Shown here piece by piece: positions 57,101 to 64,000 of a stretch of DNA of 64,000 nt; position 1 is the stretch's first letter, and each line of letters starts with the position of its first letter. The stretch comes from Phoronis australis (Eukaryota; Animalia; Phoronida). Location: assembly GCA_002633005.1 (NCBI GenBank), contig NMRA01000536.1:10632-74631 (forward strand), read 5' to 3'. The translations under genes were made by a program, and so were the position numbers. Below the pieces are notes generated by a model that had not been told where the DNA came from, did not search any database, and worked only from the letters and a program-made list of their open reading frames with translations.

Positions 57101-57734
57101 ATCAGTTGACAAAAATTGTAAATTTCGGCCAAAAAATTGAAAACTATTCATATTTGGAAAACCACTTGTTTTGTTTTGATTACCACAGGCAATTTTTTAA
57201 CACCTGTCCACATTAATTTAATTTCAAATAAATTTAGTATTCAACTACAGCTGAGCTTTGAGTTTGGCCTTGCCGCCATATTTCAGTAAACGATATCAAA
57301 TTCCAACAGCCGTTCCGTCAACAAACCATGACCCACCAACAAATATCACTTTCCTTCATGCGATTAAAACACCTCGAAAAGCCTCACCTTTACAAAACTT
57401 GCCGATCAACAGTCACCAAATAAACATCAGACAAAAGTACAAACCCACTGACGCGTCCGAAGCGAAGAAAAGAACGTCCGAAACGCTGCTGGAATTTCCA
57501 CAACACCAACCGGGAAGAAGACAATACGTAGACAACTCCCAGGTACCGCGAGGTGGTTTAATATCATTTCGCGACAGCTGGAAAACGATCCGACAGAAAA
57601 CGCCCACCAAATGTGATGTACGCAAGTTCCCAAATGTCTAGTTGAATTGGAGTAACAGTGGCAATAAGCAACTTACCGTTTTTTCGTTGTGGATTACGTT
57701 GTTTTCTTCGACCGCACCTGCCTACGTCGGCCAT
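6015..57734 (-). CDS. ZEB: ZEB/zfh1 zinc finger E-box-binding homeobox transcription factor, 7 coding exons, about 975 aa (span includes introns)
   Basis: Manually spliced exons (58+186+162+2099+193+135+95 = 2928 nt) join in frame through GT-AG introns of phases 1,1,1,0,1,1. Architecture is 5 N-terminal zinc fingers, 1 isolated finger, homeodomain, PLDLS, and 3 C-terminal fingers. ZEB signature sequences [43 protein letters not shown] and [19 protein letters not shown] are present. Confidence 0.95.
6110..6430. repeat. Degenerate minisatellite, unit about 35 bp, about 9 copies, in the last ZEB intron
   Basis: Recurrent unit like tgcagatggaattcatattgctttaatgacaaat(c/t). Confidence 0.85.
6613..6747 (-). 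CDS. ZEB: ZEB coding exon 6 ([45 protein letters not shown])
   Basis: Acceptor catctgcag|, donor CAG|gtcagt; hand translation gives canonical ZEB C-terminal fingers. Confidence 0.95.
7690..7882 (-). CDS. ZEB: ZEB coding exon 5: first C-terminal zinc finger ([24 protein letters not shown])
   Basis: Acceptor ccctgttag|, donor G|gtaagt; ZEB-typical finger. Confidence 0.95.
8335..10433 (-). CDS. ZEB: ZEB coding exon 4: N-terminal zinc-finger cluster, isolated C2HC finger, homeodomain (8998-9177), PLDLS CtBP motif (8734-8748)
   Basis: Matches the 711-aa ORF trimmed to acceptor gcatttcag| (exon starts 10433) and donor CAG|gtaatt (ends 8335). Homeodomain helix 3 reads [16 protein letters not shown]. 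Confidence 0.97.
10931..11092 (-). CDS. ZEB: ZEB coding exon 3 (contains [14 protein letters not shown])
   Basis: Acceptor ttttcattag|, donor AAG|gtcagt, 162 nt phase 1-1. DTAVIFPE matches the conserved pre-zinc-finger motif of vertebrate ZEB1/2. Confidence 0.9.
12378..12563 (-). CDS. ZEB: ZEB coding exon 2 (acidic region, [12 protein letters not shown]...PSDIQTK)
   Basis: Acceptor ttattgcag|, donor AAG|gtactc, 186 nt open in phase 1-1, GC-richer than flanks. No recognisable conserved motif. Confidence 0.8.
12861..12920. repeat. Perfect 15-bp tandem repeat x4 (gatgaccacgcaata)
   Basis: Four exact copies read directly. Confidence 0.97.
13051..13235. promoter_or_regulatory. Cluster of ZEB-type CAGGT(G/A) motifs in intron 1
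   Basis: Seven CAGGT/ACCTG cores in 185 bp, including CAGGTG 13096, CACCTG 13182, CAGGTA 13189 and TACCTG 13202. Confidence 0.55.
32494..32583. repeat. 44-bp tandem duplication
   Basis: tgtgagcaaaatttttt(t/g)aaggagctatac(g/a)tgatattagaaag x2. Confidence 0.9.
40320..41261. mobile_element. Inner non-autonomous DNA transposon (hAT-like CAGGG ends), spanning the assembly gap
   Basis: Perfect 11-bp terminal inverted repeat cagggatatac / gtatatccctg; repeated sub-terminal ctcgcc/ggcga motifs; no clean target-site duplication. Confidence 0.65.
40719..41017. other. Assembly gap (N run)
   Basis: Run of about 300 N. Confidence 0.99.
42556..42654. repeat. 47-bp tandem duplication
   Basis: aatccatactcgctgctttgccaaaagagaacccccaggg(t/a)gt(a/g)agc x2 plus a partial third copy. 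Confidence 0.9.
45734..47148. repeat. Tandem duplication of about 707 bp (45734-46439 / 46441-47148) joined by a single N; probable uncollapsed alleles
   Basis: Copies differ by roughly ten substitutions and a 2-nt indel; the junction is an N. Confidence 0.9.
57677..57734 (-). CDS. ZEB: ZEB coding exon 1 ([19 protein letters not shown] + 1 nt)
   Basis: ATG at 57734; peptide closely resembles vertebrate ZEB1 N-terminus MADGPRCKRRKQANPRRNN; consensus donor G|GTAAGT at 57677/57676; phase 1 matches the next exon. Absent from the ORF track. Confidence 0.9.
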
Positions 57735-57950
57735 ATTCGCATTTCAATGAAAGTGACAGTGGATCGTTCGTAATGCGCATGCGACACTTTATCTTTCCAA
57801 GTTTTGTTGATGGCATCCGGTCACGTTTTAGGTGTGAAACCTGTGACGTGTGCCAAACTAAAACACATGCCTGGACTCCCGAGACGTTCACCTATGAATC
57901 ATATGCCACTGATCTGAGATTATCATTGGTTCCTTTTGTTTTTATAAGCA
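57735..57950 (-). promoter_or_regulatory. Putative ZEB promoter / 5'UTR
   Basis: CpG-rich; NRF1/Ewg-like TGCGCATGCG (57774-57783), ETS-like CCGGATG (57814-57820), CRE-like TGACGTG (about 57845), TATAAAA on minus (57946-57940) about 31 nt before a TCA. Confidence 0.5.
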
Positions 57951-59213
57951 GAACAATTCCGCCATTATGTGACTCTAGTGTAAAGGTATTCGACAGCAGT
58001 CGTCCATCATACCTACGAACAACACCAAAAAGGAAATGTTATAATTTTGACGAAAATTTTATTTTAAGGGCTGTTCCTGAGATGCCGTTTCAAATTTGCC
58101 TTAAGTATTCTTCAACAGGTTTGGTGACACTTTCACCTTGACATATCTACAAAGTAGGTTTACGTTTCAGACGATCTTGAGTTACATTGTATCCTTGAGG
58201 TCGCTGGAACGATCTATTTTTGGAGTTTCCAACAGACTTCTTGTGCCCTCTTTTGACAGTTGCAAGCATTACAACAGGCGATTATGACCGGAGTTCACTG
58301 ACTTACGCCAAAGATATGCTTTCGCTGAACGTGTTCTTCCGGCACCAGGGGAGGAGCTAAATTCGTGATTCAAAAACTCTTATGAGATCTCGTACATTTC
58401 AAGTCAAACTGTCTAAATGACTACTTAATTTATTTAGGCCAACAGTAATCAACATGTGGAATCATAGGCGTTGTATTTTTTAGTTGTAGCACGTGTTAAT
58501 TAGGGGCAGTGTATCAAAACCTGCAACAGACCGACACCGTAGATTCGTCTTGCTACAACTGACAACTGATCCGCGGTTGGTGAGAAAATAATTCGTTGCA
58601 TAGCGGCAGGTGATAAACCAGCTCGTGAGAAAAGATGTGCATCGACGAAGGGGAAAGACACACCCGTATGAGGAAGATTAGATTGTCAGCCACAGTGAGA
58701 AAGTTCCACCGATACGCCCTCTGTGGATAACTAAAAATTAAACTGAACAAGCTGTACTAGTCAGCCGAGACGGTACCTTCTTTAACAACGTTCGGCAAAA
58801 GTGAAGAACACACTGAACTGGGGTCGCACGCCATTCTCCTACAACCTGGGCGACTAGTTCGGGCTGCAGCTGCAGGTTGGAACGAGGCTACTAGAACATT
58901 GGCACTTGTGTGCGGACTGTGACAATCATGCGAGCCAGACGGCACCACGTACGATTCCTGTTCCGCACTAATTTCAGTGTGAAAACAACTTCCTCTAGTG
59001 AGGGAACGTTCAAGTTGACGCTTTTAAATACAAATTAATGGCAGAAGTTTTCGTCTAAATTGTGTAGTCTGTCACTATTCGTTCATTTCAATCACTTCAC
59101 ACCATTGGTGCGTGTTCGGGCGCACACTAGTCAATAGAAACTCACCACACATAGCGACATCTATTGTATTATTAAAAGCACGCTCGGTTGACTCAATGAG
59201 CAGGCCTACCAGC

Positions 59214-59450
59214 CCATAGGCGGCGCACCATAGGGGGCTGGAGGGGGGGGGGCTACATGTATAGCCCCCACTTTCTCCAGTCACGCTACGCATGGTGTAT
59301 ATAGGTGATGCACCACAGGGGGGGGGGCTGAGGGCGCTTTAGCGCCGCCCCCCCCCCCACTTTTTCCAGTGCTACGCTACGCATGGAGTACATAGGTGAT
59401 GCACCACAGGGGGGCTGAGGGCATTAGCGCCCCCCGCCCACTTTTTTCAG
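59214..59450. repeat. Three tandem G/C-run units of about 80-90 bp, resembling a triplicated MITE terminus
   Basis: Unit cataggtgatgcaccacagggggg...gctgaggg...agc...ccccact ttt(c)cag...gctacgcatgg repeated three times. Confidence 0.75.
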
Positions 59451-59839
59451 TCGGCTGCGCAAATCATGCGAGCCTCCTGTTCAGTAACGCTAGGAGGACC
59501 TCGCTGAAAAGCAACATATTGAGAACACGATTCTGAGATGGGCTCTCTTAATTGCTTCAGTCGATGTGGTCTGGTCGACCTCACGATGACCAGACGCGAC
59601 CGTTCTCAGTCAAGCTTGTGCGCACGGCTAATAGGGCCCTAAGGGGGTTAGCAGCAGGCCAGTCAGGATATCCAGTTATGCAGCGACTGAAGATGCCTAT
59701 TTTGTGGCATGATCATTTCATCTCCGAGTCGCTCGAAGGACTGGAGACAGCTGGCTTTCAAAGGCGAGTTGTTAAAACTATCTCCTCACCGGTGAGCTTT
59801 TATGGGTACGACATCACTTCTTCGCTCTATCACGCAGCT

Positions 59840-60875
59840 TACCTCCATTCAATACGTACCCATTTCACTTAGGAAGGAATTGGTTCAACTCGCGAAAAAG
59901 GAGGTCTTGGTTCTCAGCCAAGGGCAGAGCGTGCAGCGTGTGTTCTGTGGTATGGTGATCAGGGATCAGTTGTTCAAAAGAGCTATTTAATCGCATACAC
60001 TGTAATGCACCGAACTTTCTTTTCTTTGCCTAACGTTTGTTTTCCATATTTGTCAACTTTGTATAGTGACTCAATCTTTGGACCATCTGCCTCACTTCAG
60101 CACCTGTGGGAATTGTTCAAAAATACGTACCGGTACTCGATCACATGCGATGCTCCAATCTTTCTTTACCTAACTGTTCAGGGTTTGTCGCACGTAATTG
60201 TTATATAACGTTGCACCACTGATCTAACCCGCAATGGGTGTCCATCTCGCTTACTATGAAGGAAGGCGTTTGGCACTCGGCAACCGCAAAGCTGAATCGT
60301 ACGCCCGGCATCAGTCTTCTATCATGTTTTTGACATGACATAATTAATAGTTTAAAACTTCACGTTTGAGGTCACAAGGCCTGCGCTCTTGCTAAGGAAC
60401 CCATTCCGATTGAACGCCTAAATTGTCCAAAAGCAGTGTCGNTCCTCCCCTTTCAATATATGTCCATCTCGTTTCGAAGGGTTGCAGACAAGATGTTAGT
60501 ATCTCGCGCACTGGCGAGCTTTTATGTGAGATGCGCCAGCAGTTGTTCGCTAGCTGGCTTACTTCGTTCAGCACGTTCCCATTTAGCTTATGAAGGAAAG
60601 CTTGTTACTTTGGCAGAGCCACCAACGATCTTCTTCCCATGGTTGCCATGCAGTTGTTTTCTAGCGGCACCGCCCAACGACTTGCCAGTGAGCCCATGCC
60701 TGATGAACATGTCAGTTGTTCAAAGGAACTATTTGGTCGCATACTGTAATGCACTGATCTTTCTTTACATAATTGACTAGGGTTTGTTGCAAGTAATTTG
60801 ATAAACTACGTGAGATGACTGTGTTTGCACTACCCTTTCAATACGTGCCCATCTCGCTTATGAAGGAACTTTTGA
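59840..60875. repeat. Degenerate multi-unit repeat array
   Basis: Motif ttcaatacgt(a/g)cccat(c/t)tc(g/a)cttatgaaggaa recurs near 59848, 60238, 60452, 60567 and 60837; motif tcagttgttcaaa...gcatactgtaatgcac...ctttcttt recurs near 59966, 60111 and 60712. Confidence 0.7.
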
Positions 60876-61959
60876 TACTCAGTCAAAGTCATGATTATTA
60901 CGCAACATAGTCAACTGATGTTAAAAAGCGCCACGTTATAATTACAACATATTTTGCCTTAAATGAACAATTTCCTGTCACAATCGAACAACAGAGCATG
61001 AAATTCGACAGTTCCTCCGGCCTATTTACGAATCAGCTCTACTACGGAATTTTTTGACTAACAATGCTTGCATGAAACAATTAATTTTGAGCAAATTGTC
61101 TTTTCGTTATTTTTGTTTTGACCATAGGTTAACGCACGTGCTAACGATGACGTGTAACTTTTCGTAACTGATGCTTTGCCTACGTCTAGTATGCAACGTT
61201 ACTTTGATTGCAAGAGCGAAGGAGAAAGCAGAATGGACAAAGTTATAGAGACGAATTTTTTAGAATGATAAGAAGTAGGCCTACAACAGTAGTGGCAATG
61301 GTGGATGCTTTGGTGCATGTGCATTTGTCACTTGCTCTCAGTGTGTGTAGCAAAAGGTGCATGTACAGACGCCACACAGGAGCAGACGACGTACCGAAAA
61401 TGTCTAACTCAGTGGAATTATTTGCGGAGGAAGTGATAGAGAAGGGTGTGGTAGAGATGTATGTCGAGGCTGTAGTTATGAAGGCTGAGGAGCAGAATAA
61501 TAAAAAGGATGCAAGCGAAAAAACCACCGAAGTCCATCAATACATCACAGACGGAAGCCTCACAGGACTTTACTGTGTCAGACGGCGTTACAGAATTAGA
61601 AATGCTTCCCCCCCACCACCCCCCCGCCCCAGTCTGCGGGACACCACGGCTCGCTAGCTAAAGGTCAGAGATGCGAGTTGAAAGCCGAGGTAGAGGCATT
61701 TGAAGAGTTCCAGTTACTAAACCCGCCCTTTTAAGTGAATGACATTCGCAAAACGGTTATCGAGACGAATCGGATTTAGGAGCTCATAAAACATTAGGCA
61801 TAATTTCTTTTCGTCGTGCGATAAAGTATCAAAAATTAATCCTAAGGACATTGAAAAAACCTATAGACTTTGTGGTATTCCTGGTTACATTAGAACACCC
61901 ACAAATGTAACAATTTGGAATAATCTTTCATAACTCATATGGATTGCAATTACTTTCTT

Positions 61960-62059
61960 ATATATTTTACTGAAAGCAGAAAATTGATTCATTCATGCCT
62001 ACAGAGTTAGGCAAAGAATTCCACATTTTAACAATTTGGAATTTCACGGAATTCCTGTA
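61960..62059 (-). mobile_element. Possible 3' remnant of a CR1/L2-group LINE ORF2
   Basis: Minus strand translates YRNSVKFQIVKMWNSLPNSV...F, resembling the C-terminal WNxLP motif of these LINEs; short and followed by stops. Confidence 0.35.
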
Positions 62060-62187
62060 CATGGGCGGAGAAATGCAGCCGGCGACAAAGACTTGTTCTC
62101 GATTTAACAGCTCATGCGCGCACCCAGCCAAAAAATGGGGGGCTCGAACTTGGAGAACGTGGACCTTTTACTAAGATTCACGGGGAA

Positions 62188-63301
62188 TTGGACAGAAGAC
62201 TGTCTGATCTGCAGGATGAACTTGAATCAATGAGAGCTGAAGAAATGAAAGGTGTGATGGTAAGATCAAAGGCTAAGTGGATGGAGGCTGGTGAAAATCC
62301 TACTAAGTGTTTTTGTAATCTGGAGAAACGTACTTTTATCAATAAGAATGTTACTAAATTGGTAACGTTGAGTGGTGAAACAATTGAGGACCAAAAAGCA
62401 CTTTTGAAAGAAATAAGTCGATTTTATGAAGAACTGTATTCGTGTAAAGACGGATTACTAGACGAAGTCAATTTGAATGACGTCTTATCAAGCACGAAAA
62501 TTCCTAAATTAAGTGAAGCTGAAAGGAACTCACTCGAATCAGAAATCTCAGAAGGGGAGTTGCTAAATTCTTGAAACACATGAAAAATAATAAAAGACCT
62601 GGTCCGGACGGTTTCACCACGGAATTTTATAAATTTTTCTGGAACGACCTAGCGAAGTATCTTGCTAAAGCGTACAATCACAATTTCAGAATAGGCTTCC
62701 TTCCAAACTCCCAACTCCAGGGAGTTATTACCATCATACCCAAAGGGAATAAAACGAGAACTAAATTATTGGAGGCCTATCTCTCTCTTGAATGTCAGTT
62801 CCAAACTTTTGTCGTCTTGTATTTCCTAAAGAGTGCGTTCTGCAATACAAAAGTTAATACATCGTGGCCAAAAGGGTTTTCTTTCTGGGCGTTTCATAGC
62901 AGAAAATACAAGGCAAACGTATGACTTGATGCAGTATACTTCGCAGTTTAATAAACCGGGTTTACTTGTACTGGTGGACTTTGAAAAGGCGTTTGACTCC
63001 TTATCTTGGTCTTTTATTGACAAAGTTTTAAATTTCTTTAATTTTGGCCACTCAATGAAAAAATGGATCCACATACTAAACAGAGGAGCAAAGCAATGTG
63101 TTATAAAAAACGGTGTCACTTCTAACTTTTTCGACAGAGGGCGTGGTTGCAGGCAAGGTGATCCGTTATCGCCATACCTTTTTATTCTATGTGCAGAGAT
63201 TATGGGCTGGCTCTTTAGACTAGACAACAGCGTTAAGGGCATCCAGGTCGGATCAGTGGAATACAAACTGATGCAGTATGCAGATGATACGGTTATATTA
63301 G
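62188..63301 (+). mobile_element. Decayed L1/Tx1-like non-LTR retrotransposon ORF2 fragment (reverse transcriptase pseudogene)
   Basis: Motifs RSKAKWMEAGENPTKCFCNLEK, PGPDGFTTEFYKFFW, WRPISLLNV, DFEKAFDS, GCRQGDPLSPYLF, QYADD. Frameshifts near 62572 and 62755, in-frame TAA near 62827, truncated just after YADD. Confidence 0.93.
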
Positions 63302-64000
63302 TCGGTAGGCCAGATTTTGTAGGGCCTCTAGAAAATGGTTTTTGTGAGTACTTTAGGGGGGCAATTATATTTTGGTGTTTTTTAATTCATTTATTAGAGT
63401 GTTTTCAAAATCTAAAAAGTTCCCACATATAAAGTTGCACATTTTTGAGAAATTTGAGTTTAAAGTTACCTAATAATCACCAAAGAGCTTAGTAAACTTA
63501 TATTTGTAAAAACAACAGTTTTGGTGACTTTTTGTAAAACAAATAATATGGCCCCATCAATGCCATTGTATTGAACAATACTACACTCACATTACATGTT
63601 TTACTATTGTAAATTAATTGTAAACAGTGAAATTTAAAAAATGTAAAGAGACACCTAGTGGCAAAAATGCAAACTAAATCTGAATGTTACTAGGAAGTTA
63701 TTCTGGCATTGTCAGGCAACAAAAATCACACAAAACACTTGAGACTGGGCAAAATTTGTGCCTCAATGACTAAAACATTGACTAATGGTGTAAAATACAG
63801 CTTGTTTGCATAATACACCAGAAATACGTTATAGTACAAAAACAATACAGTTGAATGATCTCTGTGAATGTGCACAAAGACTGTATGAAAATAATAGATT
63901 ATTCTGACAGCGTTTATCAAGCAGTATGAGACAAATACATGACAATGATCAAAGTATGTACTTTCTATGACTTAATCAACAAATAAAATTAACTTTTTAA

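Noticed and set aside
13043-57216. Many 60-130 aa ORFs in intron 1
   Set aside because: No recognisable domains; sizes are as expected by chance.
57258-58141. Plus-strand 127-aa and 150-aa ORFs at the ZEB promoter
   Set aside because: Non-ATG starts, no domain, and expected in GC-richer promoter DNA; antisense transcription cannot be judged from sequence.
61648-61730. tRNA/SINE-like A-box (gctagctaaaggtcagag)
   Set aside because: No convincing B-box or cloverleaf.

Overview
Eukaryotic (bilaterian invertebrate-type) genomic DNA, not prokaryotic. Most of the window is one minus-strand ZEB/zfh1 zinc-finger homeodomain gene. I reconstructed seven coding exons with GT-AG boundaries and consistent phases: 57677-57734, 12378-12563, 10931-11092, 8335-10433, 7690-7882, 6613-6747 and 6015-6109 (2928 nt, 975 aa). 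The protein has the N-terminal [19 protein letters not shown] peptide, a DTAVIFPE motif, 9 zinc fingers, an intact homeodomain and a PLDLS CtBP motif. Intron 1 is about 45 kb, and the inferred 3'UTR is about 4.4 kb (ending near 1580). The most notable non-coding signals are: (i) repeated seed matches to ancient bilaterian miRNAs in the 3'UTR, split by internal poly(A) signals; (ii) clusters of ZEB's own CAGGT(G/A) motif in intron 1, suggesting autoregulation; (iii) candidate in-frame cassette exons in intron 1; (iv) a minisatellite that includes the last splice acceptor. The window also holds nested and clustered MITE-like elements, a decayed L1/Tx1-like LINE, satellites, an assembly gap, and two N-flanked duplications that look like uncollapsed haplotypes. 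I found no rRNA, tRNA or CRISPR features. No database search was run, so family assignments rest on recognised motifs.
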